From positions 3,472,001 to 3,536,000 of the forward strand of contig JAMWBK010000001.1 in NCBI GenBank assembly GCA_029953675.1: a DNA stretch of 64,000 bases. The letters run 5' to 3'. The notes beneath the pieces were generated by a model, which had not been told where the DNA came from, ran no database searches, and was given only the letters and a program-made list of their open reading frames with translations. The translations under genes and the position numbers were made by a program. This document shows positions 1-13,830 of this stretch, piece by piece. How positions within the stretch are numbered: the first letter of the stretch is position 1; every line of letters begins with the position of its first letter. Origin of the DNA: Rhodosorus marinus CCMP1338. Lineage: Eukaryota > Plantae > Rhodophyta.

Positions 1-1533
1 GGCTAATTATATTCTCCCGAACACCCCCCCCTTTCCCTTTCCATTTTCCCCTGGAATGTGCATCATCATGAATTGTCACCCGTTCTTCCTTAGGAAGCGG
101 GGTTCTGTCAGTCAAAATTTTGACATCGTTGATCCCTTTGCAACAATCTACGTCAAAATCATTCTTATTTTTGGTGAAAATAATAACACCCATTTTGTCA
201 AAGATTGCGAGATATGTACCCCCTCTCTGATAATCTACTCGATAGTTCCTTCTTAAGTTTTTGCTAATTAAGTAGGGCTTTGGTTCCGAGCTGTATTTCC
301 GGAAGCTGTATTCTGGATAAGGCGTACTCTCTATTTTCCAAAAAACTTGAGCACCAAAACAAAGGAAAACTTGTGGTTGGCTCAATGTTGGCCTAGGAAA
401 GTAGAGGGAAGGGGGGGGGAAGCTCCGCTTTCATTTAGCTTTCACTTAAAAATAGTGGAAACGGAACAACCAATGATATCTTCACAAAACAAAGGGGGGG
501 TTGGGTTGGACCCAATAGACCATTTTATCATTCATTTTGTAAGGAACGTCGAATTTTTCAAGAAAAATGTATGCATGATTCTGCCTAATTACTGAAAAAT
601 GAAAAACCAACCGTGGGAAAAAGCTTACGGGTTGGGAAGCAGGAAAATAATCCCTCCCCCCCCTCCCTCCAACCCCATTCAAGGAGGGGGAGGGGGTGGA
701 AGACTACCTCTTCACCTCAATTCCTTTCTTTTTGGCAATAAAAAAACACCTTATCGTCAATAAAATAAAACATAGTCGTAATTACTTCTACTTTTCAAGC
801 ATGGGCAAACCCCGACTGAGTCAAGGGGTGGCGGGGTTCAATTTACCTAAGGGGTCGGACGTGTTCGACAAAAAAAAAATCTATTTTCCCTTGAACAGAA
901 GATGAAAGTGTAAAAAAGATCGGATGCATTTACAAACAGCGAAAGGGGTGGGGTGTGTGTGTGTGTTTGGGGGGGAGCGGGGCTGCGGGGTTGGGAAGAG
1001 ACGGAGAGACTGGTGTCCTTTTTTTTCTTTTTTTTGCGGGGAGGAAGGGGGTGGGATAAACCTTTTTTTAGGCAATGTTTTTTGTGTTGTTTTTTGGAAT
1101 TTTTACAGCGGGCAAGGTTTTCAGGTCCAATGTTCCTTCTAGTTTTGTTTGTTTGTTTTTTTCTCGCTTGGGGTGGGAAGTTCAACCATTTGTCAGGTCG
1201 GTGTGCCCCTCTCTTTCCTCGGAGGGTTTTTTTGTTTGGACATGTGTCCTTTGAAAATAGTAAGAGTTTTGATGGTTTTGAGAGGGAAGGTGTTTGAAGG
1301 GTTAAAACTAGTTTTGGAAAACTAGTTTTTTTGGTGCGTGAGGGTGAAGTGGATGTAGGTGGTTTGTGGTGGTGGGGGGGTTGAGATGTTCGGGGGATGT
1401 ACTGGCAGAGGATGGGATGTAGAGGGAGCTTGTGTGTGTGGGAGGGAGGGAGGGAGGTCTGCGAAGGTATGTATGGAGTTGAGAGGTGGGAGATGGATCA
1501 GGTGGGACGCGGGGGGGTCTGTTTGAGGACCTA

Positions 1534-4001
1534 ATGGGTGGACTGGAGGGTGGAGCAGCAGCTTCAAGTGGGCCTCGGGAGAAGATGGAGAGTTTAGAGA
1601 CCTTTTTGGTGGCGGAGTCGCTGGATTGGCGGCCTCAAGTTAACTCGAAGGTGGCTCTGGTGAATTCTGAGAGTTTTCTGATGAGCTGGTTTGCTAACCG
1701 TATGGGATCGTCAAAGTCCAGTGTAGAGTTGGAGAGGGGACTTCACGTGTGTGCAGTGGTGGCCGGTACAAATAAGGATTTTGGGAGGGTTTTTGTTGAT
1801 GTTGTAACTGTTCCAAAGACTGTAGAGCTTGTGCACAAGCACAAGAATGATGGCGCTATTCAGAAGAAGCTCATGTTTTTAATTTCCTTGTTGGCTTCGG
1901 ATGAGACGCTTCGGGAGAAACTCTGCGAGGGCGGTATGGGGGAGGCAGTGCTGGCTGTGATGAACAGGCACTTCACCTCAAACGTCACCGTGTTGGAGAG
2001 ATCGACTTTAGCTTTGTCAAAGTTGACCGCTGCCAGCTTGGACATAAAGCTGCGCATTGGTGAGTGTCCTAGTCCATCCGAGTTTATCATGCTTTTACTT
2101 TCTTGGGACTTGACGGGGTTTTGGGAGATGCCGTGGGTGGGACGCGGTTGCGGGGTTCCGCTCACTTTCTGGCAAAGAGTTCTGGGGGATTCGTTCCGCT
2201 TGGTTATGAGTTTTTTGGCGCATGCTGAACACGTGGATGTTTGTTGTTTTGTTTTCTCGCTTGTCACTCCAGCTTCTGCGGGAGGCTTGAGAATACTTGC
2301 GGAGGTGCTCAAGGTTCATGCGGAAAGCCAGGCACTAGTGCGGACCAGTGCACACGCGATTCGTAATCTAACTCTAAACTGTCCGGAAAATGTCCTGCTG
2401 TCAAAGCAGTTGGGAATTCCGAAGTTGCTGCTGATGAAAACAAGCGGAGCAAGCGAGGCGACACAAATTCAACTTCTACTAACCCTGGTGAATATCACGA
2501 GAAACGACGAGGAACTTCAGAAACAGTTTGGCAATGACACTGACTACTGCTTGGTAAGTGAGAGCGAGTCCCTGCTTTGGGGAACGCAAGCTAATGCAAA
2601 CGAAATTAACCCTACCGTGCGCCCGTGTTCCCTCCGTTGTTGTTGTTTCCAAAAATTGCAGCCAATCGCTAAAATTGTACAAGACGCTCCGGAATCGGAA
2701 AAGCTGTTGGAGCTCGGTGTGGAGATGCTTTCCGCTGTGGCGAACGGGCGAAACGAGGAGATTTTGAATCTGCTCGGGGAGTCCTCTTTCATCTCCGTTC
2801 TTCTGAAGAGACAAGACCGTAAGTTTCTCTGGATGTCCACGAGATCAACCTTGTAGAATCGTTGTCGTTTGACCGTATAGGGAATCGCTAAATTCCCTTT
2901 CGCGTCATTTATGTGCTATTCCTTTGCAGAGTTCGGCGATAATGTCAACCTCAACTATCAAATATGTAAAGTTCTGCGAGGTATGGCCTTTACGCGAGTG
3001 AATCGGGAGCTGTTAAGACGGCAAGGTGGTATTGGGAAAACGATTGAGGTCATGCACAATTTCTCACATGAAGCCGATGTCGTCGAACAATGCCTTTGCG
3101 TACTGTCGAACGCCTGCTATAGATCCGTAGAAAACCAGGTAAGGATAAGATGGAGGCAGATGGGAGACGTGGAGAAAAGGAATTTTTGTTCGCTTCTATG
3201 TTTGAGCCCGTATTTCTTGTTCTTACCGGGACCCTTCGTTTGGTGGCCAGGAATGCCTCGGAAAATCGAGTGGGATACAGGAAACCTTGAGGGCGATGGA
3301 AATCCACCGAGATAAGGCGCAAATTCAGGATCGCGGGTGCCGTGCACTTCGTAACTTTGCCGATAGCTGTGAATACAATATTAGATTAGAGGGGACCGCC
3401 GGTGCTGTTGAGGGGCTTGTTCTCGCGATGTTAAGCTTTCCGGAATCACAGGAAGTTAATGAGCAAGCCGTTGCTGCGCTGCTCAATATCACGAAGCACG
3501 AAAAGAACTTTCTGGTTATGGTAGAGAAGGATGTTGTTGATATTGTGAGGAAGGCCAGACAGGTAAGATTCCAGGCCCGACGAGAGAGCAGAGGCTCGAG
3601 CTTACGATTGGTGGAACTGAACTGGTTTGCTGTCTTTTCACGAACAGAATATTGAATCGGAAGAGTTGTACAAGAATGCCACGAGGCTCATTGACATCCT
3701 CGAGGTACCCATAAGTGGGAACGGTGATGGTGCGATCACCAGATCGCTGACAAGGGGTGTGACGAGAAACGCGAGCGCAGGGGCGTCCGTTACGATAACC
3801 AGGGCTAAAACTGAGCAGTACAGAGAGCGCGGAATGACCCGAAGAATCTCCAAAATACGCTCACAGTCTGCGCAACGTGGCAAGAGGGATGAAACAATGG
3901 AACCAGATTCTTCCCTCAAGTCTGCCATAACTCACCTCAAGCGGGCGGTGAAGGGAGAACAAGGACCACCACCTGTAACAGGGACTAACGTATCTCGATG
4001 A
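1534..4001 (+). CDS. Armadillo/ARM-repeat protein, 6 exons (about 1534-2059, 2273-2553, 2662-2818, 2930-3138, 3251-3562, 3648-4001); start codon uncertain (1534 or 1585)
   Basis: Five GT-AG introns join ORFs 1486, 2911, 3287 and 3627 in phase. Repeated ARM-like helices: SAHAIRNLT, CLCVLSNAC, GCRALRNFA, AVAALLNIT. Confidence 0.85.
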
Positions 4002-6635
4002 CTACTGACATAGAGGCGACCCATATCTACAGAACGGGTGAAAGCAGTGAGCGGTACTGATTCCTGTGTTGTGAGGCTCATCGCTTGGGCGATATATTGA
4101 TCGCGCAAGACAGGCGATAGAGTGCGAGTCATTAGATTCGCTTTAGCGAGGATGAGGAAGCAGCATTCAGCCGCTGCCAAGGATTACCGTGTATGAAATG
4201 TGTCATAGATTGTGCTATATACCCCTACATTTTTCTTAAGGCGCATTATGCAGATGGACTTCCAGCAGGAGTAGCGAATGTCGCCAGTTCACTATCCGAT
4301 AGGCTTTGAACGGGTGGGCGCGCCCGCCTGCATGTGGAACTCCGCGACCACGTTCAAATTTTTGTAATCTTTTAAGGAAAGCTAGATAAAAGGAAGAAAG
4401 ACGATTGTAACAAGCCAGAGAAACCCAGTACATCCGCAATTTTCAGTGAGAAGGTCGAAAGACGACGTCCCCTCGGTCGACCGGGACTCGAAGAAAATGG
4501 ATCCCGGATTGCGGTAATAACACGTCTGTAGCAACGTTTTTGGCTGACGGACACGCTGACTCACCGACTACTTGATCACAACCATTCCCACGACATGGAG
4601 ACCAACGTTCCTCACGAAGACTACTTACAATGAGATTGGCAAAAGTGATTCGAGGAAGCCCATCCCCCATGTGGAACAGCGGGTGAACGACACGTATGTG
4701 AATCTTTTGGCTTGGAAACCTCGCCGCGAGGGCGGTGCACAGACGTGGCTTTCACCTTTCTCTTTGCGGCGTTAGTCCAACCAAAGCGGAGTTTTTCACC
4801 CAGAAATTGATCAGGCACGGAAAAAGACCAGAACCTGACAGATAAATCCAACAAAGGGGCTACGAAAACAACTCCACTGGCTTCCGATTAGCTGAGTACT
4901 TTTTCCAGCCAAGTTCTCTGGGCTTGGAACCATTGACTATGGTCTTCCTCTTTGCTGAGACAAATCTTTCCAGCTCCCTACTCTAAGGAATCGAGAAGGG
5001 CAATTTCCTGATGGGCTGGGCTCACCGCAGGAGAGGGAAACCCTTGAGGCTGGAGGGGAAACCCGGGATGTAGGTCATTAAAACAATAGGTTTTTTGGGG
5101 GGGGCGGGAAAGTGACTCTCATCTTCTCCCATCTAGGACGTTTACCCGTCATTGGCTCACAGAGTTATCCACTCCAAGAATCGGACTGTTGTTGAGGACC
5201 ATTTGTTAAGCATGGAAGCCTCTGTCCAGAAGCAATTCGGCAGTCCACTATCCACAAGCAACTTCCTCAGCCTTGTGGTGACGGTCCCCACCGTCCTCTG
5301 GTGCTGGGGTTCGCGGGCACCGTGCGGTCCCAGGCGATTCCACTATCGTCCATGCACCGCTGTAGTGCCGTGTATTAACAAACGGAGTTGAACTGGAGTT
5401 GATAACACAAGGCACTACAATCGAGTGTATCCTCTTTACCGATACCTCAAATTGCGCCCTGCGCCGCTGGGAAACGGGGTTCACGTTGCCACACCCGACT
5501 TTTTTGATCCCGAGTACAGACGTGAATGAATGAGGTAGGATGACTGCATTCATGGGTAGCGAGACCGCTGGCAGGCTGATGATCACGAGACGTGGAGGAA
5601 ATACATGACATGGTAACAATTGCACCTAGGGAAGGTGATTTGAGCGAACGCTCGAGGTAATTTACACCGAAGTATCCGCATCCCTCTCTAAAGACGCCTT
5701 TGGGCACGTCCCAGCATTTCTACCTTCACAAGATTGGGCAGACCAAACAACAGCTAGAAAACCATTGTTCAAGAGGGAAGCAACCTCCATACCCCAGCTG
5801 CTGCTTGGTCCTTCAAGCCACGTCACACGTTCACTGCACTGTATCGGCAAGCCTATCGTCACCATTGCATGCAGCGAACAATTCTGTGATCGCCGATACT
5901 GATCATTGAACTTTTCAATCCAAGCCGACTCACCAACAAAGCCGTTGTCCCACTACAACCCTCCGTCCCAAGACTGTCCCAAGGCCGGGACAGTCGTGGG
6001 ACAGTCGTGGGACAGGCGAGGGCGGACGGTGTTGATGAGCTCAATCCGTTGAGATTGGATTGGGATTTTTTCGGGGGGAGGAAGGTTGGCAAAGGAAGAA
6101 ACGGGCGGGGAGGGAGTGTGAAAGTCCAAAAGGCTCAGAAACAAAAAAAAACAAAGGAAACCTACGGTAGATTTTACTACACGTAATAATAACGATAGGT
6201 CTGCCCATGTAGAAGGAGATCCTACCCCACCAGAGGAGATCAGGGATCACGGGGGTAAACTGGTCTCAGAGAAATCTTCACTAGGGAATAGGAATAGGAG
6301 AAAAGGATAGACAGACATGCTGGAGGACAGGAGGAATCCAACAACTTCAGTTTGAGACCTTGATAGCAAGTTTGTTTTTTTTTCTGAGCCTGATTTTCAA
6401 CTACCTTTTGCCATGGACTCTGTGGGTTTCCGTCGGTCCCCGCGATCTCAACCTTTGAGAGCCGGAGGTGTGGAGCGGTTTCATCTTGTACTAGGTCGTG
6501 GAGAGATTAACATTCACAGGGTGGGGGTGGAGGGGGAGGAGGGGATCTGAGATGGATACTGGAGATGTATAGTGTTGGATGGGAAGGTTTGAAGACGAGA
6601 ATTTTGGGATTGGTAGCAGAGAGAGTGTAGTTACG

Positions 6636-8458
6636 ATGACTGGGTTTGTGTGTGGTTGGAGTGGGATTGGGTTGAGGGAGAGCGGGCGGAGAGTGTGCGG
6701 GGTTGGTGGGAGGTATCAGCTGCGGGTGAGGGCGGCTTCTAGATCAGAGGAGGATGTGAGTGAGAAGAAGGCTGCTGCGACTGGGGAGGAGGTTTCTGTG
6801 GATGAGCAGGGTGGAGGTGCAGCGCAGCAGCTGTTGGGTATCAGAGGGGCGAAGGAGGAGACAAATATTTGGAAAATTCGGCTTCAGTTGACGAAACCGG
6901 TAAGGTGTTTTGATGGAATATCTTCAAAGCGACGATGAGCTCAACGTATGTTTTCTTTTGTCCTTTTATGGATCGATTGAATATCAGGTCACATGGGTCC
7001 CCTTAGTATGGGGAGTGCTCTGTGGAGCAGCCGCGTCTGGAAACTTCACCTGGACCCCGGTAGATGTCGCCAAAAGCTTGACATGTATGATCATGGCTGG
7101 GCCGTTCCTGACAGGATTTACTCAGACCATCAACGACTGGTACGATCGTGAAATCGACGCTATCAACGAACCGTATCGTCCCATTCCATCAGGCAAAATA
7201 TCGGAAGGAGAAGTACGAACATTCGGCCTCCTCAAAATCCTGTAAACCGGCCGAAAATATATTCATCAATTGTTCTTTCCTCAGGTCAAAGCTCAAATCT
7301 GGTTCCTACTCTTTGCGGGAATGGGCACAAGCTACGGTCTAGACCGTTGGGCAGAACACGAATTCCCGGTCATGCTGACGCTCACCGCCTTCGGATGCTT
7401 CATCTCTTATATCTACTCAGCTCCTCCTCTCAAGCTCAAACAAAATGGCTGGCTCGGAAACTACGCTCTGGGCGCATCGTACATTGCCCTACCATGGTGG
7501 GCGGGACAAGCTCTCTTCGGTACATTAGACTGGAAGGTAAGAGATCTCAACCCCAAACCAATTCCATTGCTCTAATGCCCGAATCCAAGATGCTTTGAAG
7601 AGCGCAGTCGGTCTGAGGATGTGGAAGCGGATTGGGACGGTTACAAGCGCCCCCTTCGGATCCTGACTACGACGGCGACGTTACCCTTGGGATTGTTTGA
7701 CAGGTCTATCCAGGAGCGGGGAGGGTCTAAACCCCTTCCCGACTGCACAGACCTCTCTTGGACCCCCGTTTGCGAGTTCTTTGTCGCTTCTGGCAGTCGT
7801 TCCAGCTCGAATTCTAAGGAACTCCCATTCTTTTGCGTTTCGTGGGATACTAGGTTATGGTGCTGACGATGTTCTACTCCTTCGCTGGCTTGGGAATTGC
7901 TATTGTGAACGATTTCAAGAGTGTTGAAGGTGAGACGCCATCTTGCATTAGGCCGGGGGGCAAGTCCCGTGTCGCTGGTAGGCCGCGGTTTTTAAACGCG
8001 GAGAGGCTGAAGAAACTGCCCCGGGTTTTTCGTTTTGCCTTTTTTCTCGTGTATTTTGGAAAACAGGTGATAAGGCGCTTGGTCTCGACTCTCTGCCTGT
8101 GGCGTTCGGAGTCGATACCGCAAAATGGATCTGCGTGGGCATGATTGATGTCTTCCAGCTCCTAGTAGCGGGAATCCTTGCCTATGTCGGAGAACTCCCC
8201 TACGCAGCGGCGATATGTGGTCTCGTCGCGCCGCAGGTATGTCTTCTTTCGGTCCGACTGGCACCTTTCCATGCTTCACCGCACCTCAATCTCCCTCCGT
8301 TCCTCTGGTTTCTCTCTGGGCAGATGTACTTCCAGCAAAAGCTCTTCCTCAAAGACCCCATTAAGTACGACGTCAAGTACCAAGCATCGGCGCAGCCTTT
8401 CCTTGTTCTCGGCATTCTCGTCACCGGTCTGGCTGTCGGTCACCATGGACCTCTCTAA
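6636..8458 (+). CDS. chlG: Chlorophyll synthase, plastid-targeted, 6 exons (6636-6899, 6988-7212, 7285-7536, 7854-7929, 8067-8236, 8324-8458)
   Basis: IRLQLTKPVTW, TQTINDWYDREIDAINEPYRPIPSG, NDFKSVEGD, KYQASAQPFLVLG. All introns are GT-AG and phase-consistent. Confidence 0.97.
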
Positions 8459-9689
8459 ACTGAAGCTCGGCGATGAACGTACCTAGTACATCGCACTATA
8501 CTTAGTAGGTATTCCCATCACAGCAAAGGATCGGCAAGGAAGGCCTGTGCACTCCAAACGGTGTCTTAGTAGCAACATACGACATTGGACATGTGGCTCC
8601 GGCTCTACACGGCTTCTTCAAGAAAGCGGTGTTGCGAGTCTCCACAGTCCTACTACAGCTTTCCCTCGCGCGATGTAGGTCAGGGCTTTCGTAGGGCGCT
8701 GAGCGCGCTTTCGTCGCGGGAAAGTCGCTTCTAATAAAAGCAAAAAAAAGCTTTCTCAAGGCCATGCTGTGCTCCTTGCTGCCTGGCTGAGGCCGTCCCT
8801 CAGTTGGGAAAAGCGCCTGTACACCAACCTCGTCGCTCCCGTCGTGAAGTATCCACAAATAATGTCGGAAAGGCTTTGGAGGCCAACTGGTTTTCCGATC
8901 GGAAGGCCTGAGAAAAAAAAGGATGGATCGTATTCTCTAACGATTCCAATCATCAGCGGTCCAGAAACGAGCAAGTGCACAGGATCCACAAATATTCTAA
9001 TAGACCACCACGCTTCCTGAGCCCGACCACCAATCCCAGAAGGATGTTCACGGTCCTTCGGTTCCACATTCAGCCGAGCAAAATCTCACCACAGGTTTAC
9101 CGCCTGAGTGGACGAGCTATGGATAGCGTAAAGCGGATCATGAACTCATGTGGGATGTTTACAGGATGGTTTATTAGGATATAGCTAGGACGAGTATCTC
9201 TTAGCCTTGCCTGTTAACAATCTCTGAGCGGACCCCAAAACCCACCTGCACGCACATACAACATCGCGAACATCGCAACATCCAACATCGCCAACATCGA
9301 ACATCGCCTGCCATCGGGATGATCGGTGCCATCATCTAATTTTATTATCTATTCAACTACAGGGTTTTTCTTTACAATATGTATTAAAAACATATTATGA
9401 CTACAGTATTTGTCTTTAAAATATACAAGGGCTGCAAGTAAGTCAGTAAATTTTAAATTTCACTTACTTTCGAGGTCAAATTTCTCTTGATTTAAAATAG
9501 AATTTACATTATACGTCACCCAAATTTAGAGTGCTGTGTTCCTCCCATCGTCTTCTCCGAAAAAAACTCTAGGGAAATAGACCATGCAGTTCCTGAGCGG
9601 CCGTTTTGCGTATGGAAGCGGAGGGGATATGGAAGAAAGCCACGCGCTGTGACTATGCAGATGGAAAGAGAGGTCGTGAGGGTCCGTCC

Positions 9690-10745
9690 GCAAAACTGGA
9701 GAGGCTTTTCTGACTAGATTCGTGGACGGGGACCTCCGACGGGCCCTGACTCCTGGTGGTTGAAAAGTGTGCCACGCCGCCAATAATGTGGAGCTATCTT
9801 TTCAGAGGCTGTTAGCGTTCCAAATGGAGCGAAGAAGCTTTCATCACAATCTCATACGAAAAATACTGGTGGATCCAGTATTTTTCGTATGAGATTGTCG
9901 AAAGAATTCAGTTCTATTTCGGTACTCCAATGTTGCTCCTCGTTCCTCTCTACCCGCTGTGTACTAGGGTTTTATGGCTAGATTTCTTTCTTTCGCGAAC
10001 GGGGACCTCGGGCCTAAGGTGAAGCAGGGTGGTTGAAAAGTGTGACCACCAATAATGTAAAGATATATTCCTGGCGGTGGTGAGGGTTCGGTTCCATCTG
10101 GAGCGAAGAATAAGTTTTTTATCACAATCTCATACGATCAATACTGGATCCACCAGTGTCAAAGCCACGCAGTTCTGTTTCGGTTGCTCCACCGTTGCAA
10201 CTCGTAGGAACGCCTCCCTACGCGCTGTGCACCGGCGGGTTCATGAGTAGATTCGTCGACGGGGACCTCCGGCCGGCGAAGAAGCCCGGTGGTGGAAAAG
10301 TGTGCCACGCCAACCGTACAAAACTATCTTTCTTGGGGCGGCTGAGCGTTCCAACTGAAGCGAAGCATAAGTTTTTTTAACACAATCTCATACGATCAAT
10401 ACTGGATCCACCAGTGTCAAAGCGAAGCAGTTCTATTTCGGTCCTCCCAACGTTGTTACTCGTAGGAACGCCTCCCTACCCGCTGTCCACCACGGGTTCA
10501 CTAGATACCCGTCGACGGGGACCCCTACAGCTGGCGGAGAAGTCAAGCAGTTAAAAAGGGTTCCACAGCAATAATACAAATCCATCTTCCTCAAGGCGGT
10601 GAGTGTTCCAAATAGACCGAAGATATTTCATCGCAGTCTAGTAAATTCAAGGCTTAATCCACCAGCGTTGAAAACGGAGCACGTCATCTTGTTACACCAC
10701 CGTTGTTCCTGATTCCTCCCTACCCGCTGTGCATCGTGGATCATA
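9690..10745. repeat. Decayed tandem array, about 4 units of 256-273 bp
   Basis: Anchor GGGGACC at 9728, 10001, 10261 and 10517. Shared blocks GAAAAGTGTG, CACAATCTCATACGA, ATACTGG and CTACCCGCTGT. Confidence 0.9.
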
Positions 10746-13700
10746 GCTTCAAAGTAGGCTTTGTCATAATGCGTCCGATCAGAACGTCTGATATCGTCTG
10801 ATATAAGTTGTCGGACCCGAATTTAATAATAAATGAACCAATTTTTCGTGTCGCTCACGTCCGATAAAAAGTTTTAGACCTGAATTCAAAATAAATAATA
10901 GGTTTTGTATCAAAATGCTCCGATAACGGCCGAATACTGCTTAATATTCAATCAAAATCAATTAGTACTGACTGGATTTCAATCTTCTTTTATGTCCATA
11001 GCGACCCTGCTCGTCTTGGAGAATTGTTTGATCAAATTTCCCACCTTGCGCCTATCATTCCGCGGAGTTTTGGGCTTGTGAGTATTGTGAAACGCCATTT
11101 GCGAGGCTGCTTACCGCCGGACTGTATCCGATCATCGCCTTTACCATGCCTTCTCTTTTCCTTTTCGGCACCCGGAGGTGAATCTTGGCTTGTAAGAGCC
11201 CGAGCTTACCTTCTAGGCGCGCCCAACTGTCTTCACCTCTCTTACATTCTTGCAAGCCTCTGTGGCTCGTGGACCCGAAGACTTTTGTGAGGACCACAAC
11301 TTGCAGGTTTCAGTAAATGGATCTCCGTAAAGGACAAGCTCGGGAGTCAGCAACAACATTTACATGACAGCCTGTCCAACTGATGTCAAAATTCAATGAG
11401 AAGTGACATCTTGGCGTGAACTCAAAAAGTAATCGTGAGTCAATACCAGGGCGGTAGATGATTGATTCCCAAGTAACATTGATTGACTACCGGACGTTTT
11501 ATTGGGCAATGTATTTTGGACAAGATTATTTCAACATGATATCTGATAAATTTCTACATTTATTCAATAATATGTCCAAAACAAATTTATCGGACGATTT
11601 ATGACCCCCCCTGCCCCTTGCCCCTTTCCAAAAAAAAGAAAACCTTCCGAAAAAGCAAAAGGCACAGAGCTCTCTGCTCAACCGTCGAGGGCCATGGCGA
11701 AAACCACCACCAAACCCACCTTACAACTCCTTAATCGGGGAAAAAAACCACGCCACAAGTTTCCAATAAAACAAAAATCAGCCAAATGGCTTTGGATTTA
11801 GAGTATATCGGAAATACCATGAAGCAGAAAAAACTCCATATCGCCGAGTTTTCGTCGATTCGCGTGCTTTCGGCTGGGTAATAGTATTCTGTTGACTATA
11901 CCTCTCCCCCCCCCTTCCGTTCCAATACAGTTTACATAATCAGTTGAAAATTTTACGCAAAGAGTACAAAATTGGGGATTTCCGGTGTTTTCATATGACC
12001 CCTGATGAGAATCGAAAACCCTATTAGGAATATTTATGGAAACCGATGTGGACGGGGAAAAACGTTGAGTGGAGGTGGTGGGTCCGCTTTCCCTGGAAGA
12101 GCTCTCCTATTGCTGTTGAGAGAGTACGGGCAGCTGAGTGTGGCCGGCGCGGGAAATACTAACGATCCCCGAAAAAGGCTGGGTTTCCGACGACCAGGTG
12201 GAATGCAAGAGTTGCTGTAAGAGAAAAATTCTCTCTTTCCCCAGATATCTCAGCAGACAACTGTCTTCAGGATGGCATGAATATACGCCGGGAGAAAGGA
12301 AACATTGATACTCTTCTTTTGGAGCTCTTCCGATGATTTGGTTTCTGGCAATTCTTTTTTGTGCCCTCCAAGAGTGCGCAGAGTCCTCCTGTGGGTCTGA
12401 TTCAGTATCTTTCCCCACCCCCCCCCCCAATTCCCCTGGAGGGGCACCTAAGCGGGACTCTCATACGATAACCGCCCGGCCGTCCCGATAGGGAAGTCCA
12501 TACCAGAATTTCCACACAAGATCGAGGGGCCCGGTTGTTTTTCCTCTTCGTTCCAATCCATGTTTCCGCCGCTCGTGCCGCGGGAACCAATTTTTTTCTT
12601 TTTCACGAGCCCCTCTCCCCATCAGCTCCCCTTAAAAAATATATAAAGGCTCCCACCTTCTACAAATTTTTTTCCCAATTTCTTGCTCTCACTGACGTAT
12701 CTACAAAACATACATAGACGAAACGCTAGGGGTCAGCCTTTCGTTCTTCCCAGCTGGTTTGGTTACCCGTACTAGCAAATTGCTATGCAGTTGTTAGCAA
12801 ACGTCAGGCACGCACGCACCATCCTCGCTCCTTTTTTATCGTCACAAATGACGAAAGCGAAAGGGAACCTCAAATTTTCGTCCTCTGCACATGCGAAAAA
12901 TAGCTTTAACGCTATCATTTTAGCGCATCTTTCCCGATCCTGTAATATTATTTCTTAAAAACCCACAAGAAACAGTTTCCATAATTAGACCGCGTCAGAC
13001 TCTTTTGACAACTGCACGTCAAAATCCGGAACAAATAGAATTTTCCCCAGGGGGGAAAGGTCCATCCCCATAAGTAAAATTAGACAGTATTTTAATACAA
13101 TTAATCCATACTATTGGACACACCTCAGAGGGGTGAGAGAAATCATTTAGAATGGACTCGGATAATAAACGGAATTACTAAAATATTGTTAATATTTTTC
13201 GAATATGTATTTTAAATATTTTATCAAAGTAGGTAAAATTGGGGTTTTGGAAGCGATCTATTTTTAAGTGAAAAAGAGAAACTTTGGTGCGGTTCAGATG
13301 ACGAGGATCGAGCTCTCCGTTCGTTTTTTTCCCTTATTGATCCTGTGTGCTAGGAGCAGAGTAACATCGTAGGCGCGGCGCTCTGCCATTTACACAAAGA
13401 GGAGCAGGAGTCTTCCCTTCCCCTTTCCTTCTTCCCACCCCCTCCCCCTTTCTCTTTTTTCCTGGATGTTTGGCGGTGAGGAGGGCATCTGACAGAGCGT
13501 TTTGGAAACCAAAAACACCGCAGCTGAGATCGATCCTCTTCCTAGGTTTGTTAGGCTGTTTGCTTAACGGACATTTGTAAGACTCGTGTGTATTAGAAGA
13601 AGGCAAATGTCGACAAATTCAAGACACAGCGGCGGTGCACGAGAGATGATGTGGATAGCAAGAACTGGTAGACGTTGTATGTTGTTGAGGTGCTTGGGCT

Positions 13701-13830
13701 TATAAATATACGAACGAGGCGGGTTGGCTGCTTAGTATTTTATTTAATTGGCATCGAGCTGAAGGTGTTCGAAGAACTGCAATAGAAAGGACTAGACAAG
13801 CGTTTATCAACGCAAAAATAAAGAGTGCAA

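Noticed and set aside
56-1567. Short ORFs in the first 1.5 kb and in similar homopolymer-rich intergenic tracts
   Set aside because: Low-complexity translations with no domain or splice support.
2060-2661. In-frame, stop-free introns (213 and 108 nt; also 72, 90 and 87 nt in TM9SF and chlG)
   Set aside because: About 5 of roughly 45 introns, close to what chance predicts at this GC content and intron length.
8502-9184. Several 70-120 aa ORFs downstream of chlG
   Set aside because: No recognisable domain and no consistent splice model.
11985-12030. CTGATGA-GAATC-GAAA resembling a minimal hammerhead ribozyme core
   Set aside because: Stems I and III cannot be formed from the flanking sequence.
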